A stretch of DNA of 64,000 nucleotides, taken from the UHGV virus genome UHGV-1332848; one strand, given 5' to 3'. Of the stretch, positions 38,087-47,992 are shown piece after piece. The notes under the pieces are model-generated. The model searched no databases. It saw nothing but the letters and a program-made list of their open reading frames with translations, and was not told where the DNA came from. This stretch comes from a virus. A program made the translations under genes and the position numbers. Each line of letters begins with the position of its first letter. Within the stretch, counting starts at the first letter, position 1.

Positions 38087-38132
38087 TATGTCATCCAGAA
38101 ATAATAATAATATGGGAAAAGGGGAGATTGAT

Positions 38133-38501
38133 ATGGGAATTTATAAAATAGGGAAATGCGATTATTGTGATAATAAAGGTGAAATAGTCAGACCTACACC
38201 TTTTATGGCAGACATAGCAATGATGTGTGAATATTGTTGGGGTGAAACTAAAAGAGAGTATGCTAATTCACATGGAGAATATATAGATGATTTTCAAAGT
38301 GACAAAGAAGATTATAAAAAATTAGACGAAATACAAAAGAATATGGCTTACGAAGAAGAACTAAAAAGACTAGAATTAAAATTTAGAGAATGTGGATATA
38401 GCGATGATGCTATAGAATCAATAAAATATAATGATGGGGCAACAGAAGTAGAAGAATTTATTGCAAATTTAGAAGAAGAGTTAAGTTGTTGGAGTGAGTA
38501 G
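38133..38501 (+). CDS. hypothetical Cys-containing protein
   Basis: ATG at 38133 has RBS AAAGGGGAG (track start 38073 is upstream of it). Confidence 0.45.
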   Translation: MGIYKIGKCDYCDNKGEIVRPTPFMADIAMMCEYCWGETKREYANSHGEYIDDFQSDKEDYKKLDEIQKNMAYEEELKRLELKFRECGYSDDAIESIKYNDGATEVEEFIANLEEELSCWSE

Positions 38502-38551
38502 TAAACAATTCAGAAATAAAAATAAATTAAATAAAAAAAGGATGTGTAAAA

Positions 38552-38779
38552 ATGTATATAAATAATACAACATATTGTGGAAATCAAGATTGTGATAATT
38601 GCAAAAACAATGATATTTGCAAGTGGGTTTCTTCAAGAAAAGAGATAAATAGTAAGGTCAATGAAATGAGAAAAGATAAAGATTTTTGTTCTCCAGTACA
38701 GATAAAAGTTACTTGTAATAGCTTTGAAAAGAAGGAAGAGAAACGAGATGGTTGGAAGCTAACAAATAAATTTAATTAA
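38552..38779 (+). CDS. Cys-rich small protein
   Basis: 75-aa ORF, RBS AAAGGATGTG. Confidence 0.45.
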   Translation: MYINNTTYCGNQDCDNCKNNDICKWVSSRKEINSKVNEMRKDKDFCSPVQIKVTCNSFEKKEEKRDGWKLTNKFN

Positions 38780-38791
38780 GGTAGGTGAAAT

Positions 38792-39118
38792 ATGGACAAA
38801 TTTAAATACACTATAAACGATATATTTAAATTTCCAATAGGAACTAAATTACAAGATGAAGAGGGTAATACATATAAAATATTTCAAGATAAACTTGGTT
38901 CGAAAACATTCAAGTATGCAATATTAAATGATAGATTAATGAATAGTAAATTTAAAGTGGTTGATTATAATGATGTTGAAGATAAGGATTTAATATGCCC
39001 TGATTGTGGTAGAGAGCTGGGAAGAAGATTTGTAAAAATAGATGACCACGGCGGATATGATTTCATTCTTGGAGTAGAATACGATTGTGAGTGTGGTTAT
39101 TACAGAGTAGATAAATAA
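38792..39118 (+). CDS. Zn-ribbon protein
   Basis: 'CPDCGRE...CECGYY'. RBS AAGGTAGGTG. Confidence 0.5.
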   Translation: MDKFKYTINDIFKFPIGTKLQDEEGNTYKIFQDKLGSKTFKYAILNDRLMNSKFKVVDYNDVEDKDLICPDCGRELGRRFVKIDDHGGYDFILGVEYDCECGYYRVDK

Positions 39119-39145
39119 TAAATTAAAAAGTGAGAGGTGTAAAAT

Positions 39146-39370
39146 ATGGAAATGATTCAAAGAGATATAGAGCATGACAACCTTGAAGAAGCTAGAAATA
39201 ATTTAAATGATTTTACTGGTAAAATAAAGAGAAGATATGAAAGAGAAATACATATGGATAATGATAGATTAATAGATGAATGGCAATTAGGTTTTATAAA
39301 TGAGAATCCTGATTTGAGTTTTGATGAAATATTATTAGTAAAAAGAGTTTTTGATTATAGAAGGGATTAG
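39146..39370 (+). CDS. hypothetical protein
   Basis: 74-aa ORF, RBS GAGAGGTG. Confidence 0.5.
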   Translation: MEMIQRDIEHDNLEEARNNLNDFTGKIKRRYEREIHMDNDRLIDEWQLGFINENPDLSFDEILLVKRVFDYRRD

Positions 39371-39380
39371 ATAGAAAATA

Positions 39381-39605
39381 ATGATTGAATTGTGGTTTGT
39401 AATCTCAATGTTAACATGCATCATTTATTTCCTTATTCTGTTCAGATGTGAAAAGATTATAAAAAAACATTTGAGCATAAAATTTATTGAAACAATCAAA
39501 ACACTTTTAATATGTTTTATACCAATAGTACACATGTTCGTGATGCTGGGTTTAATGTTTGTATTGTTATTTGTGAGTGACGAAAAATTAAAGAGTTTAG
39601 TGTAG
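39381..39605 (+). CDS. small membrane protein (2 TM)
   Basis: Hydrophobic 'LWFVISMLTCIIYFLILF' and 'LICFIPIVHMFVMLGLMFVLLFV'. Confidence 0.45.
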   Translation: MIELWFVISMLTCIIYFLILFRCEKIIKKHLSIKFIETIKTLLICFIPIVHMFVMLGLMFVLLFVSDEKLKSLV

Positions 39606-39697
39606 AGTAGATAAAACATTGATTTTATTAATAATTAATTAAAAATAAGCCAACGTTGCTGAAACAGGGGTGAGTATAGATTAAAGGGAGGAATTAC

Positions 39698-40845
39698 ATG
39701 AAAGTTATTAAAAGAGACGGAACAGATGTAGATTTTCAAAAGGAGAAAATAGAAAATGCAATATTTAAAGCTATGAAAAATGGTAGTGGTGTAGTAAAGG
39801 AGAAGATTGCACAAAAGATATCAGAAGAAATACAACAATCTGCAATAAGTGTTCTATCAGTATCACAGATAGAAAAAATGGTTTATGATCTGTTAATTAA
39901 ATATAAACAAAAAGATACAGCTAGAGCATATGAGAGGTTCAGGGCAGTACAAGAATTTAAAAGAAATAATAATACAACAGACGAAAGTATACTAAGTCTT
40001 TTAAATAAAACTAATGAAGATGTTGCTAAAGAAAATTCCAATAAAAACTCAGTTATTGCGTCTACTCAAAGAGATTTGATAGCAGGTGAAGTTTCAAAAG
40101 ATATAGCAAAAAGAAAACTTATTCCAACACATATAGTTCAAGCACATGAAGAAGGGGCAATCCACTACCACGACCTAGATTATGCAATACAAAATATTTT
40201 CAATTGTTGTTTAATAAACCTACAAGACATGCTTGATAACGGGACGGTGATTAATGATAAATTAGTCGAATCACCAAAATCCTTTAGTACAGCATGTACA
40301 ATAACAACTCAAATAATGGCTCAAGTTGCAAGTAATCAGTACGGTGGACAAAGTATAACTATTGCACATTTAGCTCCTTATTTAAGAAGAACAAGAGACA
40401 AAGCATTTAAACATTATTATAATGACTTAGGCTTTGATGTTGAAACTTCTAATAAATTATCTAAAGATATAATGATGAAAGAACTTAAAGATGGTGTTCA
40501 GACTATAAGATATCAGCTTTCAACATTACAAACTACTAACGGTCAAGCTCCATTTGCAACTATTTACCTTGAAATTGATGAAGGTAATGAGTATGAGGAA
40601 GAAATGGCTTTGATTTGTGAAGAAATGATAAAGCAAAGATTAGAGGGCATGAAAAATTATAAAGGACAAGAAATAGGAGAGGCTTTCCCAAAACTTGTTT
40701 ATTTATTAGATGAACACAATTGTCTTGAAGGTGGAAAATATGACTACATAACTAAATTATCAGCTAAGTGTACAGCAAAAAGACTTGTTCCAGACTATCA
40801 GTCGGCAAAAATTATGAGAATGAATTATGAAGGAAATACTTTCCC
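39698..40845 (+). CDS. nrdD: anaerobic ribonucleoside-triphosphate reductase NrdD, exon 1 (3' boundary approximate)
   Basis: N-terminal ATP-cone 'VIKRDGTDVDFQKEKIENAIFKAM'. RBS AAGGGAGG. ORF runs into intron and stops at 40858. True 5' splice site lies a few codons upstream and is not determined here. Confidence 0.8.
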
Positions 40846-41729
40846 ACCGATAAACTAAAACTGTCGCATATAGTAGTGATATTATATGAAAACCCATCTA
40901 AACGGAGAAAGTCCTATATAAAGGATAACTCACCGTACTAAATTGTTGAATATTTAAAAATTAATTAAATAGGAGGTGTTATATTGTGGAAAGATATTCA
41001 AAATTGGGAAGATTTATATGAAGTTAGCGATACTGGGGAGGTTAGAAATAAATTATCCAATAATTTATTAGTTGGTGATATTAATAACGCAGGTTACTAT
41101 CGTGTATGTTTATATAATAAGAACCACATACCGCCAAAACAAAGGTTCTTTAGACATAGACTGGTGGCAAAACATTTTATAGATAACCATAAAAATCTAC
41201 CTCAAGTAAACCATATAGATGGTGATAAATCAAATAATTCGATGAATAACTTAGAATGGGTTAGCCCAAAAGAGAATGAAATACATAGTAGAAAAGTTAT
41301 TGGCGTAAAAGAATATAAACCATTTGCTGTAGTTTTTGATAATGGTAAAACCATTGTTTGTAATTCAAAATCAGAATTAAGCAATGAAATTGGGTTAACA
41401 AAAACTTCTATAAAAGAATGGTTGCATAAAGGTAACACCGGTTATTTAAAAAGAGGGATTAAAGATATATACTACATATAAAGTAAAAGTATTCAACATA
41501 AAAGTCTAAAGACTAACGAAAACAATTAATAGAGAAACACTATTAAGGGAATGAGTAGTGTAGAGCCACAAGCTTATGGTGGTAAGGCACGGGAGATAAG
41601 ACCTTTTAAATCGAAACGATGGGGCTCTTATCAATGGTAACAGTTGTAAGAGTGTGATATAGTCTAATATCTTATGGTAACATAAGGAAGTTCATAAGAG
41701 AACTGTACAACAGTTGCGATGTTGTATGA
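40846..41729 (+). other. group I-like self-splicing intron interrupting nrdD (boundaries approximate), carrying an HNH homing endonuclease ORF
   Basis: ~0.9 kb non-NrdD insertion between two NrdD-coding halves. Downstream part (41482-41729) is structured RNA-like (paired GAGCC...GGCTC, AAATCGAAACGATGG). Exon-2 reading frame reopens at 41730 after in-frame TGA 41727-41729. Confidence 0.65.
40984..41481 (+). CDS. HNH homing endonuclease (intron-encoded)
   Basis: 'VNHIDGDKSNNSMNNLEWVSPKENEIH' HNH motif. 165 aa. RBS AGGAGGTG. Located inside the nrdD intervening sequence. Confidence 0.75.
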   Translation: MWKDIQNWEDLYEVSDTGEVRNKLSNNLLVGDINNAGYYRVCLYNKNHIPPKQRFFRHRLVAKHFIDNHKNLPQVNHIDGDKSNNSMNNLEWVSPKENEIHSRKVIGVKEYKPFAVVFDNGKTIVCNSKSELSNEIGLTKTSIKEWLHKGNTGYLKRGIKDIYYI

Positions 41730-42701
41730 ATATTATGGGGATGTAGATCACATGTAGGATGTGGTTGGAAAGATGAAAATAACAACTATAAGTTTTACGG
41801 AAGATTTAATCAGGGTGTAATATCGTTGAATTTACCACAAATAGCAATTCTATCTAATGGAGATATTGAAACATTTTGGGATATACTTGACCAAAGATTA
41901 CAACTGTGTAAAGAAGCATTATTGGTTAGACATAATCATTTAATTGGAACTCTTTCAGATGTTTCACCTATTCATTGGCAACATGGAGCAATAGCCAGAC
42001 TAGATAAAGGAGAGAAGATAGATAAATTACTGCAAAATGGTTATTCTACACTTTCATTAGGGTATGTTGGTGTATGCGAGATGACATACGCTATGTTAGG
42101 TGTAAGTCATACGACACTTGAGGGTGAGAGGTTTGCTTTGGAAGTAATGAATCATATGAATGAAGCATGTCAAAAATGGAAAGATGAAACTGGATTAGGC
42201 TTCAGTCTATATGGCACTCCAGCAGAAAATTTAATATATAGATTTTGCAAACTAGACAAGCAAAGGTTCGGTAATATACCAAATGTAACAGATAAGTTAT
42301 ACTATACTAATTCTTATCATGTTCATGTTTGTGAAGAAATAGATGCATTTAGTAAATTAAAATTTGAATCTCAATTCCATAACATAAGCCTAGGTGGATG
42401 TATTTCTTATATAGAAGTTCCTGATATGAGCAAAAACTTAGATGCAATTGAACAAATTATAAACTTTATATATCACAATATACAATATGCAGAAATAAAT
42501 ACTAAACCAGATATCTGTTATAAATGTGGATTTACTGGTGAAATAAAGAATGATGATAACTTAGAATGGTATTGTCCTAATTGTGGCAATAGAGATGAGT
42601 CAGAAATGCAAGTAATGAGAAGAACTTGTGGTTATATAGGGACTAATTATTGGAATAAAGGAAGAACTGCTGAAATAAAAGATAGAGTAATTCATTTATA
42701 A
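41730..42701 (+). CDS. nrdD: NrdD exon 2 (glycyl-radical domain); coding resumes upstream of the track ORF start 41826
   Basis: Frame-0 translation from 41730 'ILWGCRSHVGCGWKDENNNYKFYGRFNQGVISLNLPQIAILS...' is continuous and NrdD-like. Zn site 'CYKCGF...CPNCG'. Glycyl radical motif 'RRTCGYIG'. Confidence 0.8.
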   Translation: MLWGCRSHVGCGWKDENNNYKFYGRFNQGVISLNLPQIAILSNGDIETFWDILDQRLQLCKEALLVRHNHLIGTLSDVSPIHWQHGAIARLDKGEKIDKLLQNGYSTLSLGYVGVCEMTYAMLGVSHTTLEGERFALEVMNHMNEACQKWKDETGLGFSLYGTPAENLIYRFCKLDKQRFGNIPNVTDKLYYTNSYHVHVCEEIDAFSKLKFESQFHNISLGGCISYIEVPDMSKNLDAIEQIINFIYHNIQYAEINTKPDICYKCGFTGEIKNDDNLEWYCPNCGNRDESEMQVMRRTCGYIGTNYWNKGRTAEIKDRVIHL

Positions 42702-42705
42702 GAAG

Positions 42706-43212
42706 GTGTTTTGTATGAATTATGCAGAAATTAAAAAGTTTGATATAGCTAATGCTCCAAAAGTTTGTTGTACAATATTTTTTAGTGGGTGTACTCATAA
42801 TTGCAAGGGATGCTTTAACAAAGAAGTACAAAATTTTAATTATGGAAAAGAATTTTCTAACGAGGTTATGAATTACTTCATAAGCAAAGCTAGTCATAAA
42901 CAGATTAAAAATATATGTATATTAGGAGGAGAACCGTTCCAGCAAGAAATTGATATAATGATTAATTTCCTTGAAAGGCTTAAAATTGAAGTTAAAAAAC
43001 CAATCTGGGTTTGGACGGGATATCTATACGAAGAGTTACTAAAAGACAGAAATAAAAATAGACTATTAAAATACATAGACGTTTTAATTGATGGTAGATT
43101 TGAATTGGATAAAAAAGATTTAAATTTAAGGTTTAGAGGTTCAAGTAATCAAAGAATTATAGATGTACAAAAAAGCCTTAAGCAAAATAGAATAATAGAA
43201 TTTTTATATTAA
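42706..43212 (+). CDS. nrdG: anaerobic RNR activating protein NrdG (radical SAM)
   Basis: 'CTIFFSGCTHNCKGCFN' CxxxCxxC radical-SAM cluster motif. 168 aa. Immediately after nrdD. Confidence 0.85.
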   Translation: MFCMNYAEIKKFDIANAPKVCCTIFFSGCTHNCKGCFNKEVQNFNYGKEFSNEVMNYFISKASHKQIKNICILGGEPFQQEIDIMINFLERLKIEVKKPIWVWTGYLYEELLKDRNKNRLLKYIDVLIDGRFELDKKDLNLRFRGSSNQRIIDVQKSLKQNRIIEFLY

Positions 43213-43228
43213 AGGAGATTAAAAAAAT

Positions 43229-43711
43229 ATGTTTAAAATAATATTGGTGTTATGGTTTTTGAGATTTTTTATAAATCTATTTACAAACAATTTTACATTT
43301 AAATATTTATATAAAAGGTATTTAAAAAGTTTAGAGAGATACAATGTGACAAAAAGTGGTGATATAGACTCGATAGAGGAAGATGGTAAGATTGAGATAA
43401 TGTTAGAAAGGTTCTGTATAATCGTTGTTGGTATTTATAAGATTTTAATGCTAATAATTGGTTTAATAATGATGTTGACTATGGTTAAATACGATCCAAC
43501 ACTTATAACAAAGATATTTATACTTTTAAATATTACATATATAATTGTATCAATGATAAAAGCTAAATTTGCTAAAAAGAAAGATGATAATCTTATTGAA
43601 TCAACCAGAAAAACTATTTACGATATAGAAAGATTTTCTTTTTATAAGCTTATATGTAGACTTATAAATGTTTTATATTGGGGTTATGCAATATATCTAT
43701 TATTCTTCTAA
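43229..43711 (+). CDS. hypothetical multi-pass membrane protein
   Basis: 160 aa with 3-4 hydrophobic helices. RBS AAAGGAGA. Confidence 0.5.
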   Translation: MFKIILVLWFLRFFINLFTNNFTFKYLYKRYLKSLERYNVTKSGDIDSIEEDGKIEIMLERFCIIVVGIYKILMLIIGLIMMLTMVKYDPTLITKIFILLNITYIIVSMIKAKFAKKKDDNLIESTRKTIYDIERFSFYKLICRLINVLYWGYAIYLLFF

Positions 43712-43725
43712 TAGAATATTTATTT

Positions 43726-43773
43726 AATAATTAATTAAAAACTTATTGACTTCCTTACAGTATGTGGTAAAAT
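43726..43773 (+). promoter_or_regulatory. AATAATTAATTAAAAA motif + TTGACT-16-TAAAAT promoter overlapping a hairpin (43749-43790)
   Basis: TTGACT 43746-43751, TAAAAT 43768-43773. Inverted repeat TTCCTTACA...TGTAAGGAA + T-rich. Confidence 0.45.
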
Positions 43774-43830
43774 ATAAATTGTAAGGAAGTTATTTCTTTA
43801 TAATCAATTAAATGAAAAGGAGAGGATGAA

Positions 43831-44316
43831 ATGAAGATTAGAATTAAATACTTTAATAATGCAACAAAATTACAAAAGATTGAGAAAGGTAACTGGATAG
43901 ACCTATATGCAAATGAAGATGTTTTTGTACCACAAGGAGAAAAAGCAATGATTCCATTGGGAATAGCTTTAGAGTTACCTAAAGGCTGGGAGGCACATGT
44001 AGTCCCAAGATCAAGCACATTCAAAACATGGGGAATAATACAAACTAATCACATGGGCGTAATTGATGATACGTATATAGGAGATAATGATATGTGGTGG
44101 TTTCCAGCCTATTGTTTAAAAGGTAAGGAACATAAGGTAGAAACTGAACCTCACTCTACAACATATCCATTGGGAGTTAAAGGAACTTGGATTAGAAAAG
44201 GGGATAAAATTTGCCAATTTAGAATAATGGAAATTATGCCTGAAATAGAATTTGAAGAAGTAGAACATTTTGGCAATGTTGATCGTTCAGGATTTGGTTC
44301 TACGGGAGCTAGGTAA
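43831..44316 (+). CDS. dut: dUTP diphosphatase (dUTPase)
   Basis: Motifs 'VPRSS', '[10 protein letters not shown]', C-terminal 'RSGFGSTG' (motif V). RBS AAAGGAGAGG. Confidence 0.85.
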   Translation: MKIRIKYFNNATKLQKIEKGNWIDLYANEDVFVPQGEKAMIPLGIALELPKGWEAHVVPRSSTFKTWGIIQTNHMGVIDDTYIGDNDMWWFPAYCLKGKEHKVETEPHSTTYPLGVKGTWIRKGDKICQFRIMEIMPEIEFEEVEHFGNVDRSGFGSTGAR

Positions 44317-44560
44317 TATGTATAATGCAAGAATATTAAATAATAAACTTCTATGTGGACATTGTGGAAGTAATAAAATATCTGGAATAAGAGATTATAA
44401 AGAGGTCTTTATGAACGATATCGCTTACACTATGTTTCAAGTAAAGTGTTACTCATGTAACTCTGATAATAGGTATTTAGCCGACGTTACTTTGGAAGGT
44501 ACAACTAGATATGAGATAAATCATAAAATAACTGACATGAAACAATACAATAATAATTAA
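44317..44560 (+). CDS. Zn-ribbon protein
   Basis: 'CGHCGS...CYSCNS'. ATG at 44317 directly after dut stop. Track start 44270 overlaps dut. Confidence 0.45.
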
Positions 44561-44622
44561 TTAAATAGTAGATTTATAAAGTAAGTAAGTTGATATTATT
44601 ACGAATCGTAATGGAGGTAGGA

Positions 44623-44907
44623 ATGAAAAAAAGAGCAATGAAAAAATGGATACCCAAAGGTGCATATTGTCATGGAAATGGGACTAAAAAGCGTCCTAAT
44701 TGTAAATGGAGAAAGTATATAACCACTATAAAAAGGAATAAGAACAATTGCGAATATTCGAATGAATGCAACGAAGAGTGTTGGAGCAAACCTAATAACT
44801 CATGCTATCATGTGGTTTATAAATGTGAATATATGAAATACATTGATTGGACACAAGATAGTTTACTTTGGGACGCTTGTAAAGAATGTGGAATAAAAGA
44901 TTATTAA
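44623..44907 (+). CDS. Cys-rich protein
   Basis: ATG at 44623 with RBS GGAGGTAGG. Many Cys (CHGNG..C..C.C..C). Confidence 0.45.
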   Translation: MKKRAMKKWIPKGAYCHGNGTKKRPNCKWRKYITTIKRNKNNCEYSNECNEECWSKPNNSCYHVVYKCEYMKYIDWTQDSLLWDACKECGIKDY

Positions 44908-44926
44908 TTCGAAATTTAGAAAAGGA

Positions 44927-45124
44927 GTGAATATATTGTTGGACAATATTTATGTTGGTTGTAAAAGATGTGACTATAAAAAAGTTGATGTAATGTCGGT
45001 CAGAGAAGAAACAGTAAAATATGAAGGCAAGGAAATTCCAACAGCAACAATAACTTATATATGTCCTAGCTGTGGATGGATTGAGGATGATGAACATTAT
45101 TTATATAAGAAGAAAGTGAAATAA
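44927..45124 (+). CDS. Zn-ribbon protein
   Basis: 'CKRCDY...CPSCGW'. RBS AAAGGAGTG. Confidence 0.45.
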   Translation: MNILLDNIYVGCKRCDYKKVDVMSVREETVKYEGKEIPTATITYICPSCGWIEDDEHYLYKKKVK

Positions 45125-45202
45125 TTGAAGATATGAAAAGACTAAAAGGTATCTCGGAAATATTAATAACTATGAAAAATATTATTGAAAATGAGGATTA
45201 AC

Positions 45203-45379
45203 TATGATTGATGATGTTGATAGAAATAAACAATTTAAAAGCACAGTGAAGTATAATGGTTTGACTTATTTAGAAGATATTCTAAAAATCATAACAAACA
45301 TGTCAGATGAGGAGTTTATAGAATATATAGATGTGGTTATTAACAAAAATGATAATTGGAGGATTAAAAATGAAATATG
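45203..45379 (+). CDS. small hypothetical protein
   Basis: 58-aa ORF, RBS AATGAGGA. Not in track. Confidence 0.35.
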
Positions 45380-45939
45380 AGATACAAATACTTAGCAAAG
45401 ATGAAATGACTTTGTTTTCAACTAAAGATTTAGCCAAAGATTATATTGTAATATCAATAAATGACACAGGATACAATACAGTAATTTATAAAAACAAACA
45501 TATAGTAGATAGGTTAAAGTTATGGTTTGACGATATTTTCTTAAAGGAACATGAAGATGAAGATTTAAAATTAATGATACCAACAGATGCACAAAAGATA
45601 AAGAATTTTATAGATACATATAAGAATAAAATAAATAATATTATAGTTCATTGTACTGCTGGAATAAGTAGAAGCGGAGCTGTAGGTTGTGCTTTATCTA
45701 GGTATTTAAATGGGGATGACGAATATTTATTAGCAACAGGAAAATACATCCCTAATAAACACGTTTATAAATTAATGTGTGAAGTATTGGGTTTAGATTA
45801 TTCAGAAGAAATGTTTAAAGAGAAGCTAAGGATAAGAAATAAAGGTAATAGAAGCAATTTAAAGGGTTACGGGGATTATGGTATAGATTTGAATGATATG
45901 TTTTGCGATGTGACAATAAAGGAGGATTTAAATGAGTAG
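45371..45939 (+). CDS. dual-specificity/tyrosine protein phosphatase (CX5R)
   Basis: Active-site 'HCTAGISRSGAV' (HCxxGxxRS). ATG 45371 with RBS TGGAGGATT. Confidence 0.8.
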
Positions 45940-46093
45940 ATTAGATTTTGAATTGAAGATAGCAGATTTATTAGATGAAGCTAATGGTAAATTAAAAAGC
46001 GAAGATTTCAATAAGTTATTAGCTAACTTGAAGGAGGTTGTCGAGGACTATGAATAATGTAGCAATAGAATGTAGTAAGGTAGGTGAGAGAAC

Positions 46094-46315
46094 TTGATTA
46101 ATAAAAGATTAGAAGAATTACTTAGAATAAATAACAGACAAGACTTTGAAAGTAAATTTCTTATAAATGGTGACAGTTCCTGTGCTTTTCTTCGTACCAA
46201 AGATGGAGATTTTGAATGTGAGTGCCCTTGGATAAAGAGATGTAATCCTAAAGATGATTGCATGGAATGTTGGGAAAATGCAATACAAAACTCAAAATTT
46301 AATGGGGAATATTAG
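46094..46315 (+). CDS. Cys-rich small protein
   Basis: 73-aa ORF, 'CAFLRTKDGDFECECPWIKRCNPKDDCMECW'. Confidence 0.45.
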   Translation: MINKRLEELLRINNRQDFESKFLINGDSSCAFLRTKDGDFECECPWIKRCNPKDDCMECWENAIQNSKFNGEY

Positions 46316-46467
46316 TTTATAATACAAATAATTAAACGCAAATGGTGTTTATTACGCATTAAATGGAGGGAGTTTACGAGATATAAATACTAACCATGTT
46401 TATGGTAGCTCTGTTGTTAGTTATAAGAAAATAAATTAATTTGTATTTTAAAGATAGGAGGATAAGA

Positions 46468-46650
46468 ATGGTAGAAGTGAAGAAGATAGAGAAAAAATAA
46501 CAGAAATTAAAGTTTCTAATAAACAGAATAGATTTTTTATAGAACAATTGAAGTTTATAGGAGCAATACCGACAAAAGAAAGTAGTAGATATACGTATTT
46601 TAGATTTAATGGGGATTTTGCAGAGTGTAGAAAGTATTTAGGAATTGAAT
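46468..46650 (+). pseudogene. small protein interrupted at A6 tract (46492-46497)
   Basis: Strong RBS ATAGGAGGATAAG + ATG 46468 gives 'MVEVKKIEKK*'. One extra A fuses to the 50-codon downstream frame ('...ITEIKVSNKQNRFFIEQLKF...ECRKYLGIE*'). Confidence 0.45.
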
Positions 46651-46744
46651 AGTTCATCATTCAAAAATATTATGTAGTAACTAGGTGAATTTATGAATTT
46701 TAAATTAATATTTATTTTATTGCAAATTAGAAAGGAGATTTTAA

Positions 46745-46945
46745 ATGATAAAATTTGATGTAATTATAACTAATGGTTATATAGATAGAGACACTATATA
46801 TAATAAGTGTAATGAAGGATGGAACTTTGTTGTTACTTTACCAGCAAAGGCTTTACACCCTAATGCTTTAGAAACAGATAAAGCAACGATATTTTCTAAA
46901 TATATAAAACCAACTATAGAGGAATTGTCAAACACTGAAGCATAG
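46745..46945 (+). CDS. hypothetical protein
   Basis: 66-aa ORF, RBS AAAGGAGA. Confidence 0.45.
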   Translation: MIKFDVIITNGYIDRDTIYNKCNEGWNFVVTLPAKALHPNALETDKATIFSKYIKPTIEELSNTEA

Positions 46946-47074
46946 TTAATGAATAATACATATAAAGAAAGCAAATACCGTATTTAGTATATAAATAAAA
47001 TTCAGACACAATATATGGTATATAAAAGTTTATAAAACTAAGATTTTAATAATTAATTGAAAGGAGATAAAGTT

Positions 47075-47260
47075 ATGAAGATAATAGCAATAGATAATTT
47101 TGATAGAGATTGGGTGAGCGATACTCTTATTTGTGAAAATATAAATGAATATTATGGTAAAATAATTGTTGATTATTTAAACGAAAAAGAAGGTGAAAAA
47201 TCTCAAAATTTCTATGTTTTAAAGGAAGATGATTATAAATTATATGTATATGAAGATTAA
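47075..47260 (+). CDS. hypothetical protein
   Basis: ATG 47075 with RBS AAAGGAGATAAAG, after AATAATTAATT motif. Confidence 0.5.
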   Translation: MKIIAIDNFDRDWVSDTLICENINEYYGKIIVDYLNEKEGEKSQNFYVLKEDDYKLYVYED

Positions 47261-47277
47261 TTAAAGAGGTAATTACT

Positions 47278-47466
47278 ATGATTGTAATATGTCGAGAATG
47301 GAATATACTTACAGATGTAGGAAAAACATATGAAGTAATAAAAATCATAGAGGATGAATATGGCGATAGATGGTATAAAATAAAGGATATCAAATATGGT
47401 TCAATTGCTACATGGTGTTTTGACATTATAGATTCGACTATATATCCGCAGGTGGAAACATGCTAA
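47278..47466 (+). CDS. hypothetical protein
   Basis: 62-aa ORF, RBS AAAGAGGTAA. Confidence 0.45.
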   Translation: MIVICREWNILTDVGKTYEVIKIIEDEYGDRWYKIKDIKYGSIATWCFDIIDSTIYPQVETC

Positions 47467-47511
47467 TTTTTAAGAGTATAACCATTTACTAAATTTTAGG
47501 AGGAGTAATAA

Positions 47512-47733
47512 ATGATAACAATAGCTTATCAATCAATACAATATTTAGATATTGAAATAGAGGGGTTAACCGAAGAAGATATTAAAGATATGTCAGATGA
47601 TGAAGTTATGAAACTGGTTGAAGATACATATGTACACAACGAAAGAGATGATTTTTCTTGTAGTGAAAACATTATAGAAAGACATGAAATATTAAATGAA
47701 AATGACGAATCTATACGATATATTGAGAGGTGA
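47512..47733 (+). CDS. hypothetical acidic protein
   Basis: 73-aa ORF, RBS TAGGAGGAG. Confidence 0.5.
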   Translation: MITIAYQSIQYLDIEIEGLTEEDIKDMSDDEVMKLVEDTYVHNERDDFSCSENIIERHEILNENDESIRYIER

Positions 47734-47738
47734 ATTTT

Positions 47739-47987
47739 ATGAATATGGATATAATTTATGTAGTTTATTTTGATGAAGAAATGTATAAAGACAGAGGGAG
47801 AAAATCAACCTATTTGAAGCTAGGAAGTGCAAAACAAATAGTTAGTTCAGATTCTAAATATATCGCTCAACGTATGTGTGAAAATGAGAAAATTGATTGG
47901 TATGATTTAGGCAAAGAACAAAGGGAAGAATGGTTGGATAAAGCAAAACAAAGGTTTGAAATTAAAGAATTTATAGAGAGGGTGTAA
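47739..47987 (+). CDS. hypothetical protein
   Basis: ATG 47739 with RBS GAGAGGTG. Confidence 0.45.
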   Translation: MNMDIIYVVYFDEEMYKDRGRKSTYLKLGSAKQIVSSDSKYIAQRMCENEKIDWYDLGKEQREEWLDKAKQRFEIKEFIERV

Positions 47988-47992
47988 GTTAT

